IMG/VR virus record: IMGVR_UViG_3300035670_000236
Coordinates: 1 to 59,210 of that record
DNA: 59,210 bases
Reading direction: 5' to 3' (one strand)
DNA from: a virus
Taxonomy: Duplodnaviria > Caudoviricetes
The position numbers and the translations under genes were made by a program. Positions within the stretch are counted from its first letter, which is position 1; each line of letters begins with the position of its first letter. Positions 28,032-36,918 of the stretch are shown here, one piece after another. The notes beneath the pieces were generated by a model, which worked only from the letters and a program-made list of their open reading frames with translations, did not search any database and had not been told where the DNA came from.

Positions 28032-28106
28032 GGGTTTTCTACAAAAAAATAGGGATGTTGTCCGAAAACAACACCCCTAAGTCATTGATTTATAAGAAAG
28101 TATTAG

Positions 28107-28436
28107 TTAGTGTTCACTAACATGCTCATTTTGTTGCATTTTTTCAATGTCTGACACGATTCTACCCCATCGTTCTTGAGAATCATTCTCATCTTCTTCG
28201 GCAATTTCCGACCATGAGTCAGTTCGAACCTCATCCCAGAGGACCTGAAACTGATCATAAAGTTTAGAATCAATATCCTCAATCATGCCAAGCAAAGTAT
28301 ACATGACGGTTGTTACTTCATCAATGTCTGAACCAGTCTCAGCGATTCCCCTAGTCGTAACATCAAGCAACGTTTTAAATTCTCGCACACGATAGACTTG
28401 AGTTTCAAGTTCATTCAAAGTATTCCAATGTTTCAT
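28107..28436 (-). CDS. Hypothetical protein
   Basis: 109-aa ORF. Confidence 0.7.
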   Translation of the reverse strand: MKHWNTLNELETQVYRVREFKTLLDVTTRGIAETGSDIDEVTTVMYTLLGMIEDIDSKLYDQFQVLWDEVRTDSWSEIAEEDENDSQERWGRIVSDIEKMQQNEHVSEH

Positions 28437-28561
28437 TTCGAATTTTCCTTTAGTGAGGTTTTAAATTTTTCAACTTGTGCATCGGCTAATGTAGCCAGAC
28501 CAGAAAGACCAACAGTCGCAATGACGATACCGACAACTACTCCTGATAGAAATCGTATCAT
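28433..28561 (-). CDS. Small membrane peptide
   Basis: Hand translation MIRFLSGVVVGIVIATVGLSGLA...; ATGA overlaps at both ends. Confidence 0.6.
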   Translation of the reverse strand: MIRFLSGVVVGIVIATVGLSGLATLADAQVEKFKTSLKENSK

Positions 28562-28872
28562 GCTGTCTCCCAAATCATTTCATCACGAATCTTAACTGAT
28601 TCTGCACCATCATATTCGTGAATCTGAAATGCAGTTCCTTCAGGCAACCACGCAACATAGAGTCCATCTAGACCGCCAAGATATGCATCGGGATATTTTT
28701 CTTCACAATACTTTTCAATTTCATGCCAGTCTGGTTCTTCGCAGTCTACCATTCTTGCAACAACAGGATCGAAAAGCATTTCAGGATAGTCATAGTTCCA
28801 AGTAGACCAGCCAGCGCCAAATCCACCTGAAACTAGAACAGCAACTTTACCATCACGAATAAGTTTTTGCAC
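28558..28872 (-). CDS. Conserved phage protein (GFGAGWSTW...EYDG.E)
   Basis: Motif recognition. Confidence 0.75.
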   Translation of the reverse strand: MQKLIRDGKVAVLVSGGFGAGWSTWNYDYPEMLFDPVVARMVDCEEPDWHEIEKYCEEKYPDAYLGGLDGLYVAWLPEGTAFQIHEYDGAESVKIRDEMIWETA

Positions 28873-29799
28873 TTAAATCTCCACAGTTTTCAATTCAAAT
28901 ACATCTGCACGATGTTCATAATTAATGTAACCACGAGGATTGCACACAATGCGAGTGCTACCAATCATATAATCAAAGTCCTCATGAGTATGTCCATGAG
29001 TCCACAGTTTGATGTTTGGATTATCCAGCATCAGATTTTCAAGACTGCTACTGTATCCACCATTCATCAATTGTTCATCCTTATAGCGAGGATGAGTAGA
29101 TTGCCTGCTTGGTGCATGATGCCCAACCACAACAACCTTTTGAGTTCCAAATGTATTCAGAAACACGTTCAATTCAGTAAGATAAGCCTTGTGGTCTTCT
29201 ACTGCATCTTCTGGAGAGAATTTAGCATCGCGCTTGCGAAACTCCGCTTGATACAGTTGTCTACCATTTTCATCTAGTTTCTTGTCTCCGTTTTCATCTA
29301 GAAGAGCAACGTCTACCCTATAAGTAACTTGCTTGTTGCTATTCTTTACGATACGAAAGTCATTCATCATACCAGAAATACTATGCAAAGTCAAGGGGTC
29401 TTCTTTGTTCATATCAGTCCAAAGAGTACCACCAAAGAAAGGTACACCATCAAGCACTACGCTTTCTTTATCAAGCACATGCAGATTGACAAGATAACCC
29501 AATTGTTCTTTTAGATTACTCATTGTAGTCGCATAGTCGCCATGATAGTGTTCATGATTGCCTGCAACATAAACCACATGCTTAAATTCTTTGCAACAGT
29601 TTTGAAAGAAAGAATGGTATGCATCACTCTTTGCGAATGACGTACCCAATTCTTTTGCAGTCTCATCAAACTTATACAAGTCATTGGACACGCAGATATC
29701 ACCAGATAGCACTAGCACATCTGCGCCATCCGTATTCTTGAGTTCGATAGGACCAAACTCAAGATGGATATCACTACATACAGAAATCTTCATTTTCAA
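28873..29799 (-). CDS. Calcineurin-like metallophosphoesterase
   Basis: SDIHLE, GD, GNHEHY, HHAP, HGHTH. Confidence 0.93.
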   Translation of the reverse strand: MKMKISVCSDIHLEFGPIELKNTDGADVLVLSGDICVSNDLYKFDETAKELGTSFAKSDAYHSFFQNCCKEFKHVVYVAGNHEHYHGDYATTMSNLKEQLGYLVNLHVLDKESVVLDGVPFFGGTLWTDMNKEDPLTLHSISGMMNDFRIVKNSNKQVTYRVDVALLDENGDKKLDENGRQLYQAEFRKRDAKFSPEDAVEDHKAYLTELNVFLNTFGTQKVVVVGHHAPSRQSTHPRYKDEQLMNGGYSSSLENLMLDNPNIKLWTHGHTHEDFDYMIGSTRIVCNPRGYINYEHRADVFELKTVEI

Positions 29800-30338
29800 C
29801 CTTCTTTTTTGTTCATTTCATCAAATTCTTGTTGAAGTTCATTTAAACTTTGTTCATCGGAATCTTCTTCGTCTTCATCATCCCATGATTCGAAACTATC
29901 ATGTAGATTCCAATTTTCTACAAGATGTTCTGGAATGTCATCCAAATCTTCTGCGCTACTGTATTCATAGCATTCATCGATACCATCGATGTATTCACCG
30001 ACAAACCCCATACCTTCTTCGCAGTATTCAGATTCTACAACAAGTCCTGTTGCTTGAATTTTATCGAACAATTGAATTGGAGGAGACCATGCGGTATCGT
30101 AGACCATGAAGATTTTGTCATCATCTAGTCGTTCCCATTGGTGACAAGTCACGTTCCACTTTGTACCCCAATTCTGAACATTCCATTCATACCAGCCTTC
30201 ATTCTCAAGTTCTTTAGGTGTTGGTGCGAAATAATCAAACCAATTCTCACCATCACGCTCTGTTAGAAATGCTTCAAACTTATCAAGTTCTTCTTTACTA
30301 CCACGAATTGTTGTGGTATTATAGCACCAGTTAGGCAT
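29796..30338 (-). CDS. DUF1281/YubB-like protein
   Basis: MPNWC.N, WYEW...NWGTKW, DTAWSPP. Confidence 0.75.
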   Translation of the reverse strand: MPNWCYNTTTIRGSKEELDKFEAFLTERDGENWFDYFAPTPKELENEGWYEWNVQNWGTKWNVTCHQWERLDDDKIFMVYDTAWSPPIQLFDKIQATGLVVESEYCEEGMGFVGEYIDGIDECYEYSSAEDLDDIPEHLVENWNLHDSFESWDDEDEEDSDEQSLNELQQEFDEMNKKEG

Positions 30339-30340
30339 AA

Positions 30341-30952
30341 TTAGTTTCCTTGTAATGCTCGAATTTCTTCGATTTTTTGATTTTCAATCTTGTCAGTTTG
30401 CTGATCAAGTTCTCGGAAAGATTTCGATGCGCGGAATCGTGCATAGAGTGCTTGATTACGCTGAATTTCTGCAACGAGAATCTTGTTTGCTTCGTCAGTA
30501 GAATACTTCAATTGAACAAAGGATCGATATCCATCGCGTTCACGCACAACCTTAAAATTGTTTCGTTGAACACCTACCATGTTGACCTTTGCAACAACAA
30601 GTCGAGTGGTACGTTCAATGTCTGCACTTGCAACACCAACACCAAGAGTGCCAGATTCAACTGCAAAGTCTTTCATCATGGAACTAGTGTGTGAAGAAAA
30701 CTGTGACGCAAGTTCACGCTTTGCAGAAAGCATTGCTTTGTCAACTGAAAACTGAAAGTCTTTAGAGAATTCAGAACCAACTGCAAAGATTGCGCCCTTC
30801 TCACTAGGCTTATCAGTATACCAGCCAGGATAATCTACTTCATTGCTGAACGTCTTAGTTTCAGTTACACTAGAGCCGCGAAAATTTGTAGTTCCACAAG
30901 CACTCAATGCAAGCACAAGCGGCAATACCATCCAAGTTTTATTCATATTCAC
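30341..30952 (-). CDS. Lipoprotein (LPP20-like)
   Basis: LSAC lipobox; P.WY; A...AKRELA. Confidence 0.7.
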   Translation of the reverse strand: MNMNKTWMVLPLVLALSACGTTNFRGSSVTETKTFSNEVDYPGWYTDKPSEKGAIFAVGSEFSKDFQFSVDKAMLSAKRELASQFSSHTSSMMKDFAVESGTLGVGVASADIERTTRLVVAKVNMVGVQRNNFKVVRERDGYRSFVQLKYSTDEANKILVAEIQRNQALYARFRASKSFRELDQQTDKIENQKIEEIRALQGN

Positions 30953-31077
30953 CTTCCTACATTCTTAACATATTCACCAGCACGATTCAGATCATCGCCA
31001 GCACCTTTCATCGCGCCACCCACAGTACCACAACCAACTACACTCATTGCAATTAAAATCATAACAAAGTATTTCAT
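30949..31077 (-). CDS. Entericidin-like small lipoprotein
   Basis: Hand translation MKYFVMILIAMSVVGCGTVGGAMKGAGDDLNRAGEYVKNVGR*. Confidence 0.65.
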   Translation of the reverse strand: MKYFVMILIAMSVVGCGTVGGAMKGAGDDLNRAGEYVKNVGR

Positions 31078-31081
31078 CACA

Positions 31082-31819
31082 TCACCTCATGATTTGAATT
31101 TGTTGACTCACAACTTTCCTTCCCAGAAAAGGTAAATCCTTTACCATCTGATTAAATTCTATTTTACTATAGGATGGTCGGAATGTCAAGTTCTCTTCGG
31201 TAAATACGAATACAATCAGTTCGTTAGATTGACTCTTGCCGATTGGCAACTTTGCCTCAAGTTTATAATTGTTTGGGGGTAAACTAAATTCGATGTTCGG
31301 CTTGAATACTTTGCCTTGCCACACAAGTTTATATGTATCATCGATAAAGTTGTATGCCGCTATGCTTCCTGCGCGATTCGAAACACCTGCTACACGAAAA
31401 CGTTCACCGTGTTTGAATTCTTGTTTAGACTGAATAGATAGTTGAATAGAATTCGTAATCTTTTCTACATCAGCATCAAGGTGTACCATGCACACCGAAT
31501 GCTTTTGTTCTGGATAGACTAACGTTTCTAATTTGTTTATCTTTTTGATTTGACCGCTTGTTTCAGAATGAAATGCTCTGAGTGTAGAACATGTTTCATC
31601 TCTACACACTTGATTGGTAGTTGATTCAATGAATTCACCAACAAAGTTTTCAATTGCGTTTTGCTTTGCTCTTTCTTCTGCAATTGAACATGCTACATTC
31701 TGTGCAGTTTCAGGACCAAAGCGATACTCACCTTCGCCAATGACTGACGAATGTGCAATATTTGCACATACTAAGATTGCTGCCGCAATTGAAGTTTTTG
31801 CGATTCGCGTTCTAACCAT
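31082..31819 (-). CDS. Secreted hypothetical protein
   Basis: Signal-peptide-like N-terminus; next to lipoproteins. Confidence 0.6.
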   Translation of the reverse strand: MVRTRIAKTSIAAAILVCANIAHSSVIGEGEYRFGPETAQNVACSIAEERAKQNAIENFVGEFIESTTNQVCRDETCSTLRAFHSETSGQIKKINKLETLVYPEQKHSVCMVHLDADVEKITNSIQLSIQSKQEFKHGERFRVAGVSNRAGSIAAYNFIDDTYKLVWQGKVFKPNIEFSLPPNNYKLEAKLPIGKSQSNELIVFVFTEENLTFRPSYSKIEFNQMVKDLPFLGRKVVSQQIQIMR

Positions 31820-31930
31820 AATTTAGCATCCTCTTCATTATCAAAAAATGGACTGAGCATTACACCTTTTTCTGAATGAATATAGAAATAAGTGTAATGC
31901 TCCATGTCCGCATCACGATATTGGATTAAC

Positions 31931-32404
31931 TCAAGCAACTTTGAGTCCCAAACCTTTCAGTCTGTCCGCAGCATAAGATGCAGCGAATGCCTTAGGTTTA
32001 ACCATTGGGATAACATTGCAAGTGCCGCGAATGTATCCAATTGCTTCGTTAATAACACAGTTACTTCCATGCATTTCGTTTGGATTAATGTCCAAATGCA
32101 CTTCAACTTCTTTGTCTTCCAATACTTCATGTAACTTCAGATACAATTCTGAAAGTTTGTATGCTTCGTTCATTAGACGATAACGTGGACGATTAACCTT
32201 TTGATCATAGTCGCGTTCTCTTTGAACTTCACCAAAGAGTTTGCATCCGTGTTTACCATCGACATGAACAACAATGGCTAGAATGTAATCCGCATACCAA
32301 TCATTACCAATACGAAATCTTTCAGAGTCGCATCCGATATAGATTTTTGTTTCTGGCGATTGATTAGCGATAAATTCTTTCACTTGTTCGAGATTGATTT
32401 TCAT
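31931..32404 (-). CDS. RNase H-like YkuK/DUF458 protein
   Basis: IYIGCDS, RLMNEA, EVHLDIN, KP.AFAASYAAD. Confidence 0.85.
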   Translation of the reverse strand: MKINLEQVKEFIANQSPETKIYIGCDSERFRIGNDWYADYILAIVVHVDGKHGCKLFGEVQRERDYDQKVNRPRYRLMNEAYKLSELYLKLHEVLEDKEVEVHLDINPNEMHGSNCVINEAIGYIRGTCNVIPMVKPKAFAASYAADRLKGLGLKVA

Positions 32405-32467
32405 GGTTATCTTTCCAGGTTATAGTTAGTATTATCTCACAAAAAAATTTGCCTGTCAAGATATTTA

Positions 32468-32543
32468 TGGTGGGCTCGGTGGGACTCGAACCCACGATCA
32501 ACCGATTATGAGTCGGCTGCTTTAACCACTAAGCCACAAGCCC
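32468..32543 (-). tRNA. tRNA-Ile2 (CAT, lysidine type) or Met
   Basis: Cloverleaf, GCCGA-CTCATAA-TCGGT, CCA encoded. Confidence 0.85.
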
Positions 32544-33059
32544 TTAAGAGTTTAGAATCTTTGCTACAGAATTGATGATAGCAGCAATTCTGCCGATATC
32601 ACGCAACTGTTCAACTGTATAGCCTTCTTTCTTCAATGTATCGTAATGTGCCTTCACGCAGAAATGACACTTGCCAACAATAGATGCAGCCAATGAATAT
32701 GCTTCAAATCTATCCTTAGTGGTTCCGCCGTGGCTTGCAATAGCATTCATACGCAATTGAGCAGGCAGTCCCTTTAGATTAGGGTCTTCTGCCATTTCAA
32801 CATATGGATACCACACATTGTTTTGTGCCATGATAGCACCAGCAGTCAATGCAGAATTAAACTCTGCACCACTTTCAAACATTCCTGCTTGAATGAATGA
32901 AACCAACTTACCATTACCAGTAGACATTGCTGCGGCTAATGCACAACCCATAGCAACATCACCAGGTAATGTGCTACGAGACATAACAGCATCTAAGTTT
33001 AGTTTTGCATCTTTAGCGTATTCAGGTAACGCTTCTTTAATTTGATCTACCCAACTCAT
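32544..33059 (-). CDS. ahpD: Alkyl hydroperoxidase AhpD
   Basis: LPEYAKD.KLNL, MAQNNVWY, LRMN, CHFCV.AH. Confidence 0.93.
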   Translation of the reverse strand: MSWVDQIKEALPEYAKDAKLNLDAVMSRSTLPGDVAMGCALAAAMSTGNGKLVSFIQAGMFESGAEFNSALTAGAIMAQNNVWYPYVEMAEDPNLKGLPAQLRMNAIASHGGTTKDRFEAYSLAASIVGKCHFCVKAHYDTLKKEGYTVEQLRDIGRIAAIINSVAKILNS

Positions 33060-33451
33060 TTAGTTTTCTCCGCTAGTTCTTTGTAGCCTGCCCAACTTGG
33101 GTGAATGCCATCTTTTGAAAGACGAGTGATTGGAAGAATGATATCGTTATTTTCCTTTGCAACTTGAAAAACATCCGCTTGAATGTTTGTTTTGATTGCA
33201 GGCATGATCCAGAATACTCTATCTGCATCCACTTTGTTACGCATCTTTCGTAATTCAGAAATCGTTTTAACTCCAGCGTGATCATTCGAACCCAAACTGA
33301 TAATGACTGTTTTAGCAGTCAAATCTTTTTTCAAGTAGTCGCGATTCCATTGCCAAGTATTCCAACCACCTTTAGCATATGCGACACACTCCTGCCTTTG
33401 CTGGTGTGTGCCGACTGCAATGCTATCACCTAAAATTAGACATTCTAACAT
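33056..33451 (-). CDS. SGNH/GDSL hydrolase-like protein
   Basis: GDSIA, SLGSND, DGIHP. Confidence 0.85.
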   Translation of the reverse strand: MLECLILGDSIAVGTHQQRQECVAYAKGGWNTWQWNRDYLKKDLTAKTVIISLGSNDHAGVKTISELRKMRNKVDADRVFWIMPAIKTNIQADVFQVAKENNDIILPITRLSKDGIHPSWAGYKELAEKTK

Positions 33452-33987
33452 TAAAGGGTTTCGCCGCCGATTGTGCGATTACACGCACACAATTCACCAG
33501 TCTGAAGTGCGTCAAGAATACGCAAAGTTTCTTCAGGTGAACGACCAACGTTCAGGTTGTTTACAGTAACATGCTGAATGATATTGTCAGGATCAACAAT
33601 AAAAGTAGCGCGAAGAGCAGCCCCGGCAGGTGCATAGAACACTCCTAATTGTTCAATTAAAGAAACATCATAATCTCTACTAGTATCTGCGAACTGAATG
33701 TGCTTAATTTTCTTCAAGTCTTCATGTGCATTCTGCCATGCAAGTTTACAGAATTCGTTATCTGTAGAACCAGTCAACAGAACAGCATCGCGGTCTGCAA
33801 AGTCTTGGAAGAGTTTATCGTATGCTACAATTTCAGTAGGACACACGAATGTGAAATCTTTAGGGTAGTAGACGATAATTTTCCACTTACCCATGAATGA
33901 GTCTTCATTGATATTAAAAAATTGATCACTACCAGGATTTACTCCTGTCACTACAAATGAGGGTAACTTATCACCAACGGTTAACAT
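33451..33987 (-). CDS. ahpC: Peroxiredoxin AhpC
   Basis: YPKDFTFVCPTE, RATFIVDP, GELC. Confidence 0.96.
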   Translation of the reverse strand: MLTVGDKLPSFVVTGVNPGSDQFFNINEDSFMGKWKIIVYYPKDFTFVCPTEIVAYDKLFQDFADRDAVLLTGSTDNEFCKLAWQNAHEDLKKIKHIQFADTSRDYDVSLIEQLGVFYAPAGAALRATFIVDPDNIIQHVTVNNLNVGRSPEETLRILDALQTGELCACNRTIGGETL

Positions 33988-34110
33988 ATATTTCTCCTTA
34001 TGTTCAAATCAAAAAGCGACATGCTTTATAATACTTAGTCATAGACAACATCAATTACTACTGTTTTACTTATGTTATTTTTCAATGAGCGTCATCGACA
34101 AAACAAATGG

Positions 34111-34194
34111 TGGTACCGCCACCCGGACTCGAACCGGGACGCACAAGGCGGGAGATTTTAAGTCTCCTGTGTCTACCAATTCCACCATGGCGGC
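34111..34194 (-). tRNA. tRNA-Leu (TAA)
   Basis: Cloverleaf, CCA followed by a second CCA. Confidence 0.92.
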
Positions 34195-34204
34195 ATATTT
34201 ACGT

Positions 34205-34279
34205 TGGTGCTGGCAGTTGGATTCGAACCAACGACCCCCTCCTTACCATGGAGGAACTCTACCTCTGAGCCATACCAGC
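34205..34279 (-). tRNA. tRNA-Thr (GGT)
   Basis: Cloverleaf, CCA. Confidence 0.9.
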
Positions 34280-34285
34280 GAATCT

Positions 34286-34362
34286 TGGTGCCCTTAGTCA
34301 GATTCGAACCGACACTCTACTGCTTTTGAGACAGTTGCCTCTACCTATTGGGCTACAAGGGC
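34286..34362 (-). tRNA. tRNA-Leu (CAA), short variable loop
   Basis: Cloverleaf, CCA. Confidence 0.85.
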
Positions 34363-34364
34363 AT

Positions 34365-34455
34365 TGGTACCTCGGGCGAGAATCGAACTCACATCAGCCG
34401 CTTATCTGGCGCTACGGGGTATAAATCCGCTGTTTTACCATTAAACTACCGAGGC
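34365..34455 (-). tRNA. tRNA with TAT anticodon (Ile-UAU), long variable arm
   Basis: GCGGA-TTTATAC-CCCGT, extended V-arm, T-arm, CCA. Confidence 0.75.
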
Positions 34456-34461
34456 ATAACT

Positions 34462-34553
34462 TGGCGGAGATAGCAGGATTCGAACCTGCGCTACCCGTTT
34501 AGAGGTAGGACGGTTTAGCAAACCGCTGATTTAAGCCACTCATCCATATCTCC
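34462..34553 (-). tRNA. tRNA-Ser (GCT)
   Basis: Class II cloverleaf, GCCA. Confidence 0.92.
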
Positions 34554-34555
34554 GT

Positions 34556-34631
34556 TGGAGCGGGTAATCGGACTCGAACCGATGACATTTTCCTTGGCAA
34601 GGAAACATTCTACCAACTGAATTACACCCGC
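34556..34631 (-). tRNA. tRNA-Gly (GCC)
   Basis: Cloverleaf, TCCA. Confidence 0.92.
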
Positions 34632-34633
34632 AT

Positions 34634-34700
34634 CATTTTGAAACACACTATCTCTACTTAAAGTTTATCAGCAAGCCGACACACAGTATGCTTCAAAATG
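34634..34700 (-). other. Long processing-like stem (RNase III-type)
   Basis: CATTTTGAAGCATACT...AGTGTGTTTCAAAATG. Confidence 0.5.
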
Positions 34701-34729
34701 AGGACTCTTTCGAATCCTCACCGTTCTAT

Positions 34730-36151
34730 TTAAAGAACTTTGTAGCGTTCATCCATGATGGTTTTCATCATGACTGCTACAGGAGTGAAGTTATCGATAT
34801 CTCCCGATAGGATAGGCTTCACAATCGCTGGCGAGAAGCCAGACACTAGCGCAGTACCACTCTTATCGAACTTGACTGGCGCGTTGCCGTAAGATGCGTT
34901 CAGGTTCCAGAACACCACTTGTGGTACTTTGTAACCGGCTGCAACATACTTGCGTTCAATCATTTCGATTGCAGAATTGTCATGCTTTACGCATTGGTCA
35001 AACTGCATATCGGACAGAATCAATACCATTGCTGGCATTTCTTCTTGTGGTACGTTACCCTTAACCGCAACATCAAGAATCTTGTTGAATGCTGCGTGAA
35101 GGTTAGTGTTCATCTCCCACTTAGATTTAACCATTTGGTCAATCTTCTGGTTGATGTTACCCTTCATGTGTACCAACTCTGGCTTGTGCGAGAAAGTTAG
35201 GAACGTGTCCTTGAACTTTCCAGTGTTCTTGTCTGCAAGATACAGTCCCAGAGAGACTGCAACTTCAAGGCAAGAAAGTTTTGTGTTCTTTCCTGCTGGA
35301 CAAGTCATAGAGCCAGATACGTCAACAAGAGGAAGGATGTTTGCATCACCAACATAGTTAGGCAATGCTTCCCATTGCTTTTGAATCAAGTCCATTTCTG
35401 TCTTGTCAAAAGAAACGCCATAAGAGTTGATGCGACCTTTTAGCACATCGTATGGATATGCAACAGATGCATTTACTTTTACAGTCTTGTCTTCACCCTT
35501 TACAAGCGAAGCAACATACTCGGCATACTTTTGAGTATTACGGTTGAATGCTTTCTTGTAACGAGCCGATGCTACAGAAGGCACATGGCTGAAGTTGATG
35601 GAATCCCATTCTTTAGCGCACATGTCTTGTTCTACAACCTTAGTCAATTCGACTAGGGACTTACGATAGAACTTAGGCGACATTCCGAAGAATTCGCGAA
35701 TCTCAACAGCAAGTTTACCTTGACGAGGAGTCCACTTTGCAGCCAAGCCATTACGCTGGCGCAGAGCATCACCAAGCATGGTAAATGCTTCAGACTTTAG
35801 TTCCTTGTCATTGAAGACAAAGATATCGTCCCAACGTCCCAATTCAGGAACTTTACGAAGCAAAGCCTTTGCTGCTTCTTTATCGTTCTTTTCTAGATAT
35901 ACTAGAATGTCACGAAACAATTGGCGTTCACCAGCACCACCACGGGCATCACGAAGCCATGCCGCTACGCGCAAAGCAAGGTCGCGGTTCTCTGCCATTG
36001 CAGCAGAGAATGCTGGAACGATGTTCTTACCGCGGGACGCACCAGCGTTATAGAACAGGTCAACTACAGCGTTGGCAGTTGACTTACGAGCCTTCATACC
36101 ATTTGCGGTACGAGCCTCTTGATTTACTACTGCATTTACAAAAGTGTTCAT
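34730..36151 (-). CDS. DUF2828 protein (Ro60/TROVE-like helical domain + vWA)
   Basis: RDARGGAGER..FR, GRWDD, AAKWTPR, DVSGSM (MIDAS), LSDMQFD, VFWNL, SGFS. Confidence 0.85.
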   Translation of the reverse strand: MNTFVNAVVNQEARTANGMKARKSTANAVVDLFYNAGASRGKNIVPAFSAAMAENRDLALRVAAWLRDARGGAGERQLFRDILVYLEKNDKEAAKALLRKVPELGRWDDIFVFNDKELKSEAFTMLGDALRQRNGLAAKWTPRQGKLAVEIREFFGMSPKFYRKSLVELTKVVEQDMCAKEWDSINFSHVPSVASARYKKAFNRNTQKYAEYVASLVKGEDKTVKVNASVAYPYDVLKGRINSYGVSFDKTEMDLIQKQWEALPNYVGDANILPLVDVSGSMTCPAGKNTKLSCLEVAVSLGLYLADKNTGKFKDTFLTFSHKPELVHMKGNINQKIDQMVKSKWEMNTNLHAAFNKILDVAVKGNVPQEEMPAMVLILSDMQFDQCVKHDNSAIEMIERKYVAAGYKVPQVVFWNLNASYGNAPVKFDKSGTALVSGFSPAIVKPILSGDIDNFTPVAVMMKTIMDERYKVL

Positions 36152-36165
36152 AGTATTTCCTTTTC

Positions 36166-36229
36166 AACAGGTTAATTTTTGCGTTTACAATTACAAGTTG
36201 TATGCTTTAGATGTTGCTGAACTTAACCT
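36166..36229 (-). ncRNA. Y-RNA-like CAGCAA element 1 (displays Thr-TGT anticodon stem-loop)
   Basis: AGGTTAA-GTT-CAGCAA...TACAA-CTTGTAA-TTGTA...TTAACCT-GTT. Confidence 0.65.
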
Positions 36230-36236
36230 AAAAAAC

Positions 36237-36356
36237 AACAGAATAGTTTTCTTCTTTTTGTTTTATATGAGAACTCGAAACTCATATCGTCCGGCGAACC
36301 AGACCGTCTTGATACGGCAATGAAGCCGTTAAGTAAATTGTTGCTGAACCTATTCT
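36237..36356 (-). ncRNA. Y-RNA-like CAGCAA element 2
   Basis: AGAATAG-GTT-CAGCAA...three hairpins...CTATTCT-GTT. Confidence 0.65.
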
Positions 36357-36370
36357 TTCATCAAAAAAAT

Positions 36371-36594
36371 AACGGGATGATCGGGTTGGTGTTAAACTGG
36401 TTCTTAAACCTCGGTGCCCCTTTCGGCGTATCCCCACCGTAATCAAATGGATTACCATTATTTCGTAGAATTATCTACATCAGATTTAATTCAAGTTTAC
36501 TCTCTAGCCGTTTAAAAATTACCTCTTACGAGGGTCCTCCTGTATCACGGCACTCTATAGTCATGTGATTTTTAGAGTTTGCTGTAGTCATCCC
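36371..36594 (-). ncRNA. Y-RNA-like CAGCAA element 3 (large, multi-hairpin)
   Basis: GGGATGA-CTA-CAGCAA...TCATCCC-GTT. Confidence 0.65.
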
Positions 36595-36616
36595 TTTTTC
36601 ATCATCAATACTGTGT

Positions 36617-36645
36617 ATTGTAGCAGAATTTTCTGCTCTTGTCAA
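36617..36645 (-). promoter_or_regulatory. Sigma70 promoter for elements 3-2-1 and DUF2828
   Basis: TTGACA-17-TACAAT with TG extension. Confidence 0.8.
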
Positions 36646-36647
36646 GT

Positions 36648-36737
36648 TGGCGGAAGCGGTGAGATTCGAACTCACGGAACATTTCTGTTCGTCTGTTTTC
36701 AAGACAGGTGCAATAAACCGGGCTCTGCCACGCTTCC
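36648..36737 (-). tRNA. tRNA-Ser (TGA)
   Basis: Class II cloverleaf, GCCA. Confidence 0.92.
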
Positions 36738-36757
36738 TTATTGCTTTAAAAATTAAT

Positions 36758-36831
36758 TGGCATCCCGCGAGGGACTCGAACCCCCACCAACAGTTTTGGA
36801 GACTGGTATGCTGCCATTACACTAGCGAGAT
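36758..36831 (-). tRNA. tRNA-Trp (CCA)
   Basis: Cloverleaf, CCA. Confidence 0.9.
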
Positions 36832-36836
36832 ATATT

Positions 36837-36912
36837 TGGCGCGCCCGGAGGGACTCGAACCCCCATGAGACACTTTAGAAGAGTGTTGCCTTATCCTTTA
36901 GACTACGGGCGC
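36837..36912 (-). tRNA. tRNA-Arg (TCT)
   Basis: Cloverleaf, CCA. Confidence 0.9.
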
Positions 36913-36918
36913 ATAAAT

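Noticed and set aside
34365-34455. Ochre suppressor tRNA (TTA) or alternative genetic code
   Set aside because: The 7-nt loop register gives TAT, and genes end normally at TAA/TGA/TAG under code 11
36310-36331. Anticodon stem-loop (CAT) in CAGCAA element 2
   Set aside because: The loop is 6 or 8 nt, not the canonical 7
36166-36594. CRISPR array interpretation of the tandem CAGCAA elements
   Set aside because: Units are not identical direct repeats, lengths vary from 64 to 224 nt, the stems covary, and no cas operon is present
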